A stretch of DNA of 64,000 nt. Source: Limisphaerales bacterium (lineage in GTDB: Bacteria; Verrucomicrobiota; Verrucomicrobiia; Limisphaerales; JADJPG01). This document shows, piece after piece, positions 1 to 9,339 of this stretch. The stretch lies in NCBI GenBank assembly GCA_044230345.1, contig JBGARF010000043.1:1161-65160 (forward strand), given 5' to 3'. Every line of letters starts with the position of its first letter. The first letter of the stretch is position 1. A program made the translations under genes and the position numbers. The notes beneath the pieces are model-generated. The model worked only from the letters and a program-made list of their open reading frames with translations. It searched no databases and was not told the DNA's origin.

Positions 1-2
1 AC

Positions 3-326
3 GCCTTTCGCTATCGGGTCAGCGACGGGACCTGCCCTCCGGCGGAGGTTGTCGTCACGATACGATTTGTGAGCAGCGCGCCGCCTGCGGTCAACGCGCT
101 CGATGTCGTGCCCGCGCCCCCGGGCGGCAGTGGTTTCCTTCTTCCGTTCAATGCTCCGGGTGCGGGCACCTACGCGCTTGAACGCGCGCCAGTGACGTCC
201 GATCCGCCGGTTTGGACGGAGGTCGTTCGAGCCGGCGTGGGTGGGCCCGGCGTGATCGCGTTCTTTGACGCAACGCCCATGGTAATGGGAGCGATTTATC
301 GTGTGCGGCAGGTGGCCATGCCTTGA
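3..326 (+). CDS. 3' end of a large secreted repeat protein (partial, enters from the left edge)
   Basis: Frame 3 is open from base 3 to the TGA at 324-326. The translation starts AFRYRVSDGTCPPAEVVVTIRF, typical of the end of a cadherin/Ig-like repeat. It ends with a ...W..V...IYRVRQ module like those on other secreted proteins in this window. Confidence 0.5.
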   Translation, partial: AFRYRVSDGTCPPAEVVVTIRFVSSAPPAVNALDVVPAPPGGSGFLLPFNAPGAGTYALERAPVTSDPPVWTEVVRAGVGGPGVIAFFDATPMVMGAIYRVRQVAMP

Positions 327-354
327 CCTAAGAATAAACCCTAACAACGAATCG

Positions 355-1614
355 ATGACCCTCATGAACTGCCGACTCATTGCTCTGCTCCTCATTTGTG
401 GATGCACCCGCGTGCTAATGGCCGCCGACACGGCTTTCACGTATCATGGCAAGCTGACCGACAACGGCACGCCGCCGACGGCGGCGTATGACTTCAAGTT
501 CACTCTCCGCGAGCGCGCGCCCGGCGTGCAAAGTTGGGGGCCGCTCACCAAGGCAAACGTCAACGTCGTCGCCGGCGAGTTCGATGTGATGCTGGATTTT
601 GGGACGGATCCATTCCGCGGCAATGACGTGCAACTCGAGATTGCCGCGCGGGTTCATCCGGCCTCGGGTGACCCGCCGTACGCAATCTTGTCGCCGGCGG
701 TGACGCTGACAGCGGTGCCGTATGCGATTGCGGCTTTGAACACGGCGCCCAATAGCATCACCGCGCAGCACATTGCGCCGAATCAGGTCGTAAAGTCGAT
801 CAACGGCGTGGCTGCGGACGCCATTACTTTTCAGGCTGGCAGCGGAGTTACGATCGCGCCACCAACGGCCGGCGGAACGATCGTTATCTCCGCGCATGGG
901 AATAGCTGGTCTCTCAACGGCAATAGTGGCACCACGGAAGGGACTGATTTTCTCGGAACGACGGACGACAAGCCAATCGAATTTCGTGTGAACGGACGGC
1001 GGGCATTACGATTGGAACCGGCTTTTTTTGGCGCAAATGTCATCGCGGGAAGCGACAACCAAATTATAAATGGAACGGGTGCCGCAATTTCGGGAGGAAC
1101 TGATAATCGCATCGAACCTGGCGCCCATTATGCCAGCATACCCGGTGGGTATCAAGCTGTTGCTCGCTCTTACGGGCAGTTCGCTGTATCCACTGGACAA
1201 ATACAGCAAAAGGGAGATGCCCAAACCTCCATCTACGTTTTACGTGGCTTTACAGGTTCCGGGGAACTGTTTCTAGACCGAGCGACTGAGCGAATGAACA
1301 TACCTCGTGGGGCGGTCTGGATATTTCGAATCCAGGTAGCCGCAGTAACTGATGGCGATCCGACTGCGTATGCCGCATTTGATATTAGCGGTATGGTGGC
1401 GAATATGGCTGGAACTGCTATGAAGCTTCAACTGAGGGATGGCACCGGTAACTCGCGAACCACCGCGGTCCCAATCTTCCAGTCTCCGGGTGCGACAGAG
1501 TGGTCTGTCCAGCCTTGGGTGGATGACGCGACTAAGACGTTCCAAATCCGCGTTCAGGGAACCTCCGGCACTAAGTGGGTGGCTACGGTGTACGCGACTG
1601 AAGTCGTTCAATGA
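355..1614 (+). CDS. Secreted tail-fibre-like / beta-strand-repeat protein of unknown function
   Basis: ATG at 355 gives a signal peptide, MTLMNCRLIALLLICGCTRVLMAADTAFTYHGKL. The motif SWSLNGNSGTTEGTDFLGTTDDKPIEFRVNGRRALRLEP is typical of tail-fibre-domain proteins. Codons show GC3 bias. The upstream part of ORF 301-1614 overlaps the previous gene's stop. Confidence 0.65.
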   Translation: MTLMNCRLIALLLICGCTRVLMAADTAFTYHGKLTDNGTPPTAAYDFKFTLRERAPGVQSWGPLTKANVNVVAGEFDVMLDFGTDPFRGNDVQLEIAARVHPASGDPPYAILSPAVTLTAVPYAIAALNTAPNSITAQHIAPNQVVKSINGVAADAITFQAGSGVTIAPPTAGGTIVISAHGNSWSLNGNSGTTEGTDFLGTTDDKPIEFRVNGRRALRLEPAFFGANVIAGSDNQIINGTGAAISGGTDNRIEPGAHYASIPGGYQAVARSYGQFAVSTGQIQQKGDAQTSIYVLRGFTGSGELFLDRATERMNIPRGAVWIFRIQVAAVTDGDPTAYAAFDISGMVANMAGTAMKLQLRDGTGNSRTTAVPIFQSPGATEWSVQPWVDDATKTFQIRVQGTSGTKWVATVYATEVVQ

Positions 1615-1645
1615 GGTGACCGAAAGGTGGCAGTCGTTCGACATC

Positions 1646-4600
1646 ATGAAGACCCTTTTGATTCGACAAGCACCATCAGCAATCTCTTACCCCAGGTCGA
1701 TTGTTAGGTTTTTGGTAATCGGCCTATTCTTGAAGAGCTGTATGGTAGCCGAAGGACAAGGGCCGGTCCAATTCCTTCGTTTTGATCCTGTGTCGGCTGC
1801 GGCCTCGAGCGAGAGCGGTGACCAAGCGCTAAAAGTGGCGACGCTGGCTGGGCGATCGGGCGCCGGATATTCCGTCGGCGGACAGTTTGGTCTGCACAGC
1901 TTCGGTTGGTCCCCGCACTCGGCCATCCTCAATCTCAATGCTCCGGTGTTGCCTGCGTTAACTGTTGCGGGTGTCCAGCGCGGTGGCGGCGGGAGTCTCC
2001 TGTTGGCAAGTTTGGTCGGTCGAGTCGGAGGCGGCTACGGAGTGGCCCCGACACTTGGCCTCGCCAGCTTTGGTTGGTCCCCCCAATCTCCAGTCATCGA
2101 CTCGACGCCATCGTTTGGTGGTTTCGAGCACCGGGCTCTGGGCGAGGCGACGCTTGCGCCGAGTCCGACCGGCGGCTTGACAGTGGGTCAACTTGGTTTT
2201 CCGGGTCAGGATGGCGTGGCCATTCTCCTTCCGGGCAATGTCGGCGGCGCGGGCGTGCGGTTTGCGCCGGACTCATTTCCATTTTCCGGCAACGGTCCGA
2301 ACAACGCGCGATTTGAACTGACCATTCGGGATTCGAGCGGGGCAATTCTCGGTCTCGTGGAGGGAGTTTACGAGTCGAGCTCGGGATTCAAGGTCCGAGC
2401 GACGTTTGGGCGGGAGACAGGAGCCGACTACTCGATTCGGGTTTTGGGCGATCCCCGAGGACCGTTCAGCTATTTGACCCAGAACTGGACGATGTGGTGG
2501 TCATTTTGGCCTCGGGAAATTCGCGCCTTCATCCGGGAAGACGGGGGACTTCAACTGGATGTGGGAACCGACAACATTCCCGGACTTACCGCGAGTGGGC
2601 GGGTTTACGTCAACCCTCCCGGAACGAGCTTTGGGCAATTGGTTTACCCATCGATAATGCAGCTGATTTCCCGTCCTGGCCTCGTCCCCTTGACCACCCG
2701 CCTGGGCGCGTTGGAACTGCGGTTCGGCTCGGCACAGCCGAATGAATTGGTGAGCCGCCGCCTCAGCGACGAATGGGTCGAGCGATTCGATCGCCGAATT
2801 CATGCCCTGGGCCAGACTGGTTTTCGATCGAGTCCAGATGGCTTGAACGTGGTCGGTATCGGTTCGGGCGGTCAAGATGGCATCAAGGTGGACCTGCGCC
2901 ATCCGGCGTCGGATGAGTTCGGCTGGCGCGGCTCGTCATCTGCCCGTCTTGGGCTCACGTTTCCGCGGGTATGGCCGGCGGGCGCCAGTCTCACGGCGAC
3001 GGCGCTCGGGCCGAAAAAGCTCGATGAAACCGATACCGACAGCGAGTTCACTCGATTTGTCGCGACACGTCGCTCAGAAGGGGTGAGCTTCGCACCCGAC
3101 TTCACCTTGTTAACGCCGAGCGACGTGATGCTCGAAGTACTGGACGCGGATGGAAACGTGGTGAAACGAGAGGCCGGTGCCCTGACGTTTTTCCAGACGC
3201 AGTTTCCCTCGAAGCCAGGGCTGCCCGTCACCTTGGATTTAGGGCCGTTGGAAGCGGTTCCTCCATGTTTTCTTGAGTGGTTGTTGCTTGAGAACAGTCT
3301 TGCCTGGGCGATGACTTGGATAGCGCCGCGGAGTGTGCGATTGCCGGACGAGAGCGTCGTGGAGGCGCACGGCGTGCGGTGGTCAATCCGAGGCGGTCGA
3401 TCGCCCCTGGAGTGGGCTCCCCCCTTCCGTCCCTCATCGCAGCCTGCACTTGCCGTGCTGGCTCCGGGTCGTTTGCGGACCTTGACGTTGCTGGGGGAAC
3501 AAGTGGGTGAACTGGTGGTGAACGCGATCGAGGCGCGCCGTGAGAATCCGCTTCTGACCCGGGCGCATTCTGGATTCGCTCATGCTCCGTTAGGCAACGC
3601 TCAATTGGCAACTGTGCCTTCGGGCCTGGCGGTCGCGAACTTTACGTCGTCCGGAGAGGATGGAGTGAAGATAGATTTCGGCTCGGTGGAGAGTTGGACG
3701 ATTCGGCTGGCACCGGAGCGACAAGCCTATGGAGGTAATCTTTACTTGGCGCTGTTTTCCGACTCGGGAAGTTCTCTGGGCGAATTGAACGGGGAGCATC
3801 TGGATTCGATCGTGTGGCGGCAACGTCCGGGTGGCGACCTCAGCGGATTTAATCAAAAGCTCACGTTGTTCGGCTCCGGCACTTTTCAGATTACCATTCA
3901 CGAACCCAACCTGCCGCCCCGCGTCTTTCCGTCGGTGCCTGCGAGTACCAGCGGTGGCTTCTCCCTGCGATTCCTGCCCCCGGTCATTCGCGCGAGTGTG
4001 GAGCCCGACGGCCGGCTGAAAATTGTTTTCGAGACGGGCAATGAGCAGCGCCCCGGCTCAAACCCCTTTGCGAACCTTGATGCCGGAGGTCAGTACTTCC
4101 CCATGCGCGTGGAATTGCTGACCGCGCCCGGCCGCGTGCCTCCGGGCACACGGTTGGGACGCGTCGAGATCCGATCCCGGCTGATGCCGGCCCTCGTCTT
4201 CAATGGAGGCTCGTTCCAGGCGGCGAATGGACTGACCTTCTCCGGCTTTGGCCAATCCGTGATTGTGCCCCAGGCCGGTGGGAGCCTCCTGGAAGTTGCC
4301 GGGTCCGGCACCACCGGAATCGATGGCGTTCGGGTGACACGATCGCAACCCACCGCGGACGTGCAGTTCACCGCGGACGCCGTGTTCGGATCCGCGACAG
4401 CCGCTGGCGGACTGGCGGCGGCCGTCTACGGCGCGGCTTCGACGGCGACACCTGTCGGCACCTTCTCGGCCGCGACCACGGCGGGACAGAGTGGGCTGCA
4501 ACTTCGCGCGACATTTCCAGCGCTGGGCCCCGGAGCGCCGCTGCTCCGCGTCACGGACGGCGACCGCATCGTCACCGAAGTTCCCAATTACACTGGTGGC

Positions 4601-5374
4601 GTCTCGGTTCGTCCGGTGCCATCGTCGGGCTTGGCGATTGCCTCGGCGGGCGGGGGTTTGGCGCCGGTCCGAGACCAAAGCCAACTTCGCGCCGGCGTTC
4701 TTGCAAATGGCGCCCTTCGACTCGATCAGCGGTGGTCCGAGCAGCGACAGATTTCTCTGGCGGATTCGACGACCGTCATTGGCAATCGCGTTTCCTTCAT
4801 CGCCGAAGCCGTGCCGCCGTGGGTGCCGAGCCCCCTGCGACTCGAAATCCAACTTACTAACATCCCCCAACTCCTCGTAAGCGGGCTGGCGGTCAGTGAC
4901 ACGCCTCCATCGACGCGCCGAATCTTTGGTCGGATCACAGACGATGCCGGAACGGGTGTGGACGGCGTCAGCGTCGCCCTCGATGGCCCTACATCGGCCG
5001 TTCGGAACACCGCCGACGGCGGCCACTTTGAATTTAGCGCCCTTCCCGTCGCCGGTCCCTATCGAGTGCAACCCGCTCAAACAGGACTAACCTTTAGTCC
5101 AGATCTCGGGACGGTGTTGTTGCTTTCCGATGACGCACAAGTCGATTTCTTCTCTGAACCGGCCGCCCCGCCGTCCCTTTCGATCGGTCGCGATCAGGAC
5201 GGATTGGTCTTGAGCTGGCCACCGAGTTCGGCCAGCGCCGGCTACGTTTTGGAGTTCACAACGTCCATCGGACCCGACCGGAACTGGCAGCCCGTCTCAC
5301 CAGTTCCAAACGGCGCCGCGTATCGTCCGCCGTTGGATAGCGACCAAAAGTTCTTTCGGTTGCGCAGACCTTGA
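1646..5374 (+). CDS. Large (1242 aa) secreted protein with a carboxypeptidase-regulatory-like domain near the C-terminus and a terminal FFRL module
   Basis: The internal ATG at 1646 (MKTLLIRQ...VIGLFLKSCMVAEGQG) gives a signal peptide. GRITDDAGTGVDGVSVAL...GGHFEFSALPVAGPYRV resembles a CarboxypepD_reg fold. The protein ends LSWPP...GYVLEFTTSIGPDRNWQPV...KFFRLRRP. Confidence 0.7.
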   Translation: MKTLLIRQAPSAISYPRSIVRFLVIGLFLKSCMVAEGQGPVQFLRFDPVSAAASSESGDQALKVATLAGRSGAGYSVGGQFGLHSFGWSPHSAILNLNAPVLPALTVAGVQRGGGGSLLLASLVGRVGGGYGVAPTLGLASFGWSPQSPVIDSTPSFGGFEHRALGEATLAPSPTGGLTVGQLGFPGQDGVAILLPGNVGGAGVRFAPDSFPFSGNGPNNARFELTIRDSSGAILGLVEGVYESSSGFKVRATFGRETGADYSIRVLGDPRGPFSYLTQNWTMWWSFWPREIRAFIREDGGLQLDVGTDNIPGLTASGRVYVNPPGTSFGQLVYPSIMQLISRPGLVPLTTRLGALELRFGSAQPNELVSRRLSDEWVERFDRRIHALGQTGFRSSPDGLNVVGIGSGGQDGIKVDLRHPASDEFGWRGSSSARLGLTFPRVWPAGASLTATALGPKKLDETDTDSEFTRFVATRRSEGVSFAPDFTLLTPSDVMLEVLDADGNVVKREAGALTFFQTQFPSKPGLPVTLDLGPLEAVPPCFLEWLLLENSLAWAMTWIAPRSVRLPDESVVEAHGVRWSIRGGRSPLEWAPPFRPSSQPALAVLAPGRLRTLTLLGEQVGELVVNAIEARRENPLLTRAHSGFAHAPLGNAQLATVPSGLAVANFTSSGEDGVKIDFGSVESWTIRLAPERQAYGGNLYLALFSDSGSSLGELNGEHLDSIVWRQRPGGDLSGFNQKLTLFGSGTFQITIHEPNLPPRVFPSVPASTSGGFSLRFLPPVIRASVEPDGRLKIVFETGNEQRPGSNPFANLDAGGQYFPMRVELLTAPGRVPPGTRLGRVEIRSRLMPALVFNGGSFQAANGLTFSGFGQSVIVPQAGGSLLEVAGSGTTGIDGVRVTRSQPTADVQFTADAVFGSATAAGGLAAAVYGAASTATPVGTFSAATTAGQSGLQLRATFPALGPGAPLLRVTDGDRIVTEVPNYTGGVSVRPVPSSGLAIASAGGGLAPVRDQSQLRAGVLANGALRLDQRWSEQRQISLADSTTVIGNRVSFIAEAVPPWVPSPLRLEIQLTNIPQLLVSGLAVSDTPPSTRRIFGRITDDAGTGVDGVSVALDGPTSAVRNTADGGHFEFSALPVAGPYRVQPAQTGLTFSPDLGTVLLLSDDAQVDFFSEPAAPPSLSIGRDQDGLVLSWPPSSASAGYVLEFTTSIGPDRNWQPVSPVPNGAAYRPPLDSDQKFFRLRRP

Positions 5375-5500
5375 TACCGTCGCTGGGCGGGAACAAATAG
5401 GTGGGACCGATTCACGGATGAATCGGCATGACCACCGTATTCAACGGGTTCGGTATGACGCCGTCCGACGGGCCAGCCTGATGAGCTGGATGGCTTCACG

Positions 5501-5536
5501 GCGCTGCCCCGCTCCAGCGCTTTCCCGCTTTTTTGT
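5501..5536 (+). terminator. Possible intrinsic terminator after the 1646-5374 gene
   Basis: GCGCTG (5501-5506) pairs with CAGCGC (5515-5520), followed by TTTCCCGCTTTTTTG. The stem is short. Confidence 0.3.
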
Positions 5537-5647
5537 GTAATCCCCGGTGCGGACTGCGGCTTATCCCCACAGACACGAACGCTGCGAATTCGTGGATTGG
5601 ATCGAAGCTCAACTAGAAAACAGGAAGAGATTGCCGAGAAGATTATT

Positions 5648-7036
5648 ATGAAAGACTCCACTTCAGTTCTTATTGGCCTGGGCCTTTGTGGCTTGGGGTT
5701 TCTGCTCAACCCAGTCGAAGCGTCGGCGGCGGTGACGGTGAGTCCGGATATCGCGTATTTCTTCAGCGACGGTCCCGGCGAGGGCTTGAGCGTGTCGTCC
5801 GACGGTTTGGTCTTGATGGTTTCGTCGCCGATTGCTGGCCCGGGCGGCGCGTTTACGTCGTCGGTCCCACAGGCGGTTCATGCTCCTTGGACCGGGGAGA
5901 TATTCTTCCCGTTCGCCAATCTTTCCCTGGCAGGAATGGGCGAGGTCACGGACGTGGCGGTGGTGCCAAACCGGCTCTTCGGGCTGGCCGTGGTCCGAGG
6001 CGATACGCTGAACACCAACAGCGCCTTGCTCGTTGTGCGGGGTAATCAAATCCTCCAGACGATTCCCATCCCGCAGAATCCCGACGGCATGAAGGTCAGT
6101 CCGGACGGGCGTTATGCGGTTGTGGCCGTGGAGAAGGGCGGTGACATCCGGATCTACGACCTGCTGCTGGGACCGGGACGCGTGCGCATGGTGGCGCAGG
6201 TGAGCAAGGCGGCGATCGCGGCCCGCTTCGTGGGAGTGCCAAATCCGGTCAACGAGGCCGAGCCCGAGGCGGTGGCTATTTCCGCGGATTCCCGCTTTGC
6301 GTTGGTGACGCTCCAGGATTGTTCATCGGTGGTGGCAATTGATCTCGACGCCGTCCGCCGGGGACAGCGAGGCGGTCTGACTCCCGAGCAGATTGGGGAT
6401 CGAGCGTTGCAGGGAGTGATCCACCTGCCGTATGGCTACGTCGGGAGCAACGGTGCGCTCTTCGGGGTGGAACCGGACGGCATCGGCATCAGCCCTGATG
6501 GGTCATTTGCGATCGTGGCGCATGAGGCGAATCAGCGGGCCAAACATCTGGCCGGGTTCTCGGTGCTCGATCTGCGCGCGGGGTTGCAGAATATCACGGC
6601 CCAGACCTATTCGGCCTTCGATGTCGATCCGTCTTTGCTGGCGAACACGGGTCTGGCGGCGGTGCCGTTGGTGGCGCCGGGCGCGCCGTATCCGACGGAC
6701 GCCAACAAGCTGCCGCGCCTGGATGTGGCCAGCGTGGAGATTGTGAAGCGCGGCGCTCAGTTTGTGGCGGCGGTGGCGATTGAGCGCTACGACCCTTCGG
6801 CGGCCCAGTTGGCGGCCTCGAGCAACAACGAAACGCGAGGATCAGTTTTGTTTCTCGACGCGGGACAGGCGTTGAACGGGGCTTTCCCCATCATTGACCG
6901 CGTTCCCGTGGGGGTCAGCGGCGCGCGGTTGGAAGTGATCGATTCGGCGGATCATGGCCGATGGCTCTTCGTTTCCATCAGCAACGGCGGCGGGACCAAC
7001 GGCACCGTCGCCCGGCTGGAACTGCAATGTGAGTAG
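5648..7036 (+). CDS. Secreted beta-propeller protein (YncE/lactonase-like repeats)
   Basis: ATG at 5648 gives MKDSTSVLIGLGLCGLGFLLNPVEASA, a signal peptide. Repeated motifs include VSPDGRYAVVAVEKGGDIRIYD, SADSRFALVT and SPDGSFAIVAHEAN. Confidence 0.7.
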   Translation: MKDSTSVLIGLGLCGLGFLLNPVEASAAVTVSPDIAYFFSDGPGEGLSVSSDGLVLMVSSPIAGPGGAFTSSVPQAVHAPWTGEIFFPFANLSLAGMGEVTDVAVVPNRLFGLAVVRGDTLNTNSALLVVRGNQILQTIPIPQNPDGMKVSPDGRYAVVAVEKGGDIRIYDLLLGPGRVRMVAQVSKAAIAARFVGVPNPVNEAEPEAVAISADSRFALVTLQDCSSVVAIDLDAVRRGQRGGLTPEQIGDRALQGVIHLPYGYVGSNGALFGVEPDGIGISPDGSFAIVAHEANQRAKHLAGFSVLDLRAGLQNITAQTYSAFDVDPSLLANTGLAAVPLVAPGAPYPTDANKLPRLDVASVEIVKRGAQFVAAVAIERYDPSAAQLAASSNNETRGSVLFLDAGQALNGAFPIIDRVPVGVSGARLEVIDSADHGRWLFVSISNGGGTNGTVARLELQCE

Positions 7037-7097
7037 CCTGTCGCGCGGGGGTTCACCGCCGCCTTCGAGATGAACCTCCTATCGTCACAATTCAATC

Positions 7098-7126
7098 CAC
7101 CACGCCGGCGCTGCGCCGGCGTGGTG
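7098..7126. terminator. GC-rich hairpin between convergent genes (possible bidirectional terminator)
   Basis: CACCACGCCGGCG-CTG-CGCCGGCGTGGTG forms a perfect 13-bp stem with a 3-nt loop. There is no clear U-tract. Confidence 0.35.
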
Positions 7127-7155
7127 AAGGTCGATCGAATGCCCCACCTCTTAGT

Positions 7156-8133
7156 TTATTTGTTTCGCAGACGGTAGAAGCGCGGGCCCTCCCAGGTCTC
7201 GGCGATAAAATAGTTTCGCTGGCCGTCCGACAGTGCTTGTTCCTGAACCCATGCCGTGCCGTCAAGGTCTGGCGATGACTCGAGGACGTAGCCCGACAGA
7301 CGCAACGACCAGGAAAGTTCGATTGTCGGGATAGGGCGCTCAACGGGGGAGATCGATAGTCGCGCCGGCTCGTCTGCCGCCGCGCAGAAATTGTCGAACG
7401 TGGCGTCGGCGATGGCATTGGTCGCGAGGCTGAAGTCGATGGCCAGGAGGCCGACGATTCCGGACGGGAGGGCTGGATCGGTGGCCTCGATTTTCAGCAC
7501 CCGGTTCGTGAGATGGGGCAGCTCATAGATATCTCCGTAGAGCTTGTCCCCCGACCTCGTAAACACGAACCGGTAGGCGAGGTTTGTGTCGAGGAGATAG
7601 GTTCCGGAGCTGCTGCCGAGGTTGCTCAGGATCAACTCGTCGGTGAACCGGGTGATGAAGACTGTCTGCCGATCGGTCCGGTAAGTGAACGAATAGCCAT
7701 CAGTGCGGCCCGGCCCGATATCACGAACCCCGCCCACGAGGCCGAAGGCCTGTGAAACCTGTGAATTCCAGCCGACCAGATCGGCCGTCACGTAAAAGTT
7801 GGTGTAGATCCCGTCTGGACGTAGGGCGCCCACGCGGGCCTGGCCCAGCAGCAGAGGGTTGGGTGAAGCCTTGGCCTGCAGGCGGAACACGCCGTTGGCC
7901 AGGGTGAAGCTGTTCTGGGCGAGGCCCGATGCAGTGAAGATGGGATCGTAGCGAAGCCAGTTCGTGATGCTGGCGGGATCACTGAAGGCGTCGCATTGAG
8001 CGAGCGCCGGTGCGGACGAGAAGACGAACTGAGCCAATAAGTGCAGCAGCGTGGAGCCCGTTCCACCTGCTCGACGACCCGCGCGCCTTGGCGCGGGCCG
8101 AGCGCGTCGTCGGATCAGGGGTTCATGGTCCAT
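7156..8133 (-). CDS. Secreted concanavalin-A-like lectin/glucanase (LamG-like) domain protein with a C-terminal FYRL module
   Basis: I chose the internal ATG at 8133 (MDHEPLIRRRARPAPRRAGRRAGGTGSTLLHLLAQFVFSSAPALA, an Arg-rich signal peptide). The core (FRLQAKAS...YVTADLVGW...YRFVFTRSGDKLYGDIYEL) looks like a beta-sandwich. The protein ends ELSWSLRLSGYVLESSPDLDGTAWV...RFYRLRNK. Confidence 0.65.
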   Translation of the reverse strand: MDHEPLIRRRARPAPRRAGRRAGGTGSTLLHLLAQFVFSSAPALAQCDAFSDPASITNWLRYDPIFTASGLAQNSFTLANGVFRLQAKASPNPLLLGQARVGALRPDGIYTNFYVTADLVGWNSQVSQAFGLVGGVRDIGPGRTDGYSFTYRTDRQTVFITRFTDELILSNLGSSSGTYLLDTNLAYRFVFTRSGDKLYGDIYELPHLTNRVLKIEATDPALPSGIVGLLAIDFSLATNAIADATFDNFCAAADEPARLSISPVERPIPTIELSWSLRLSGYVLESSPDLDGTAWVQEQALSDGQRNYFIAETWEGPRFYRLRNK

Positions 8134-8290
8134 AGAGCTTGGGAAGAAAATCGGGTTGAGATGGAATGCGCCCCTGTGCGCGGGGGGCTGTATTGGCTCA
8201 CGAGCAGAGCTCAGGATGGAAAAATTGGCGAGCATTTTAGTCGGGCCCAGGTCGGCCGGGCTGCGCAGAGTTCGCCGGGAGTTGGTCGCC

Positions 8291-8316
8291 GGAAAGTGGT
8301 CGCACCGCGTAACGTC
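8291..8316 (+). promoter_or_regulatory. Candidate ECF-type promoter upstream of the sigma factor gene
   Basis: GGAAAG-N16-CGTC lies 120 nt upstream of the ATG at 8437. It resembles the generic ECF pattern GGAAC-N16/17-CGT and contains the GTAACGTC octamer discussed in the findings. Confidence 0.2.
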
Positions 8317-8436
8317 TGCAGGGGCTCGCTCGGGAGCTCCTTCGGACCGCTTCGGCGCGGGTGGATCTGACCCAACTACGGTATTGCAATTTGCGGATCG
8401 CGCCATGAAGCTCGCCCAGCTCCAATTCCGACGGCT

Positions 8437-9192
8437 ATGGCTCCCGCTCCTGGCAATCCTCCTTCCGGATGCGCCTCCCCCGTTTTTGCCACCACCCTCT
8501 GGAGCATGGTGCAGATGGCGGGTCTGGGTCAGGATGGGGCTGGTGCCCAGGCATTGGAGAAGCTCTGTCGGATCTATTGGTACCCGCTTTACGCCTTTGC
8601 CCGCCGCAGCGGCCTGGATCATGAACAAGCGCGGGACCGCACTCAGGGTTTCTTCGCGTATATCCTGGGCAATCAGTTCTTGGCGCGGGCGGACCGGGCC
8701 CGGGGGCGTTTCCGTTCCTATCTTCTCAAGTCGTTTTCCAATTTCATGGAGGGAGAGCGCCTCCGGGACCAGGCGATCAAGCGCGGGGCGAACGTTGAGC
8801 ATGTGCCGCTGGACATTGGGGACGCCGAGGCGCGCTATCAAATGGAGCCGGCAGATCCGTCGAGCCCGGAGAAGCTGTTCGAGCGCCGTTGGGCCGTGCT
8901 GGTCATCGGGCAGGCGCTGGCGCGGCTCGAAGCGGAGTTCCGCGGGGCTGGCAAGGAAGACCAGTTCAAGGCCATGCATCCCTACTTATTGGGTGAAAAC
9001 AAGGATGCCAACCTGACCCTGGCCGATTTAGGCCGGGCCCTGCAGATCAGCGAGGAGGCCGCCCGCGTGGCGATGCACCGGCTGCGCGCGCGCTATCGGC
9101 AAGCCTTGCGCGAGGAGGTCGCCCAAACGGTCGAGACGGAAGAAGAGTTGCAGGACGAGCTGAAACATCTGCTGCGGGTATTTTCCACCTAA
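8437..9192 (+). CDS. ECF-family RNA polymerase sigma factor (Ser/Thr-kinase-associated type)
   Basis: The N-terminus has FATTLWSMV...ALEKLCRIYWYPLYAFARRSGLDHEQARDRTQGFFAYIL. Region 4 has LADLGRALQISEEAARVAMHRLRARYRQALREEVAQTV. No anti-sigma gene is adjacent; a kinase gene follows. Confidence 0.85.
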   Translation: MAPAPGNPPSGCASPVFATTLWSMVQMAGLGQDGAGAQALEKLCRIYWYPLYAFARRSGLDHEQARDRTQGFFAYILGNQFLARADRARGRFRSYLLKSFSNFMEGERLRDQAIKRGANVEHVPLDIGDAEARYQMEPADPSSPEKLFERRWAVLVIGQALARLEAEFRGAGKEDQFKAMHPYLLGENKDANLTLADLGRALQISEEAARVAMHRLRARYRQALREEVAQTVETEEELQDELKHLLRVFST

Positions 9193-9339
9193 GGGCGGCC
9201 CTGTGATCGACGGGTTGTAACGTTCCGGGCTCATTCCCATAGGAACCCGGTGGCCGGCCGGGTCGCTCCAGGACCGTCCGAAAAGACGACGGCACCAACG
9301 ACGGCCGGACCTCGGCAGCCGAGGCAAGATCGAGAACAC

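Noticed and set aside
1439-1645. Upstream part of ORF 1439-5374
   Set aside because: It overlaps the 3' end of gene 355-1614 in another frame. The ATG at 1646 yields a signal peptide.
8134-8979. N-terminal 282 codons of the 607-aa ORF 7156-8979 (minus strand)
   Set aside because: This part is antisense to the ECF sigma factor gene and has no signal or domain features. The internal ATG at 8133 gives a proper signal peptide.
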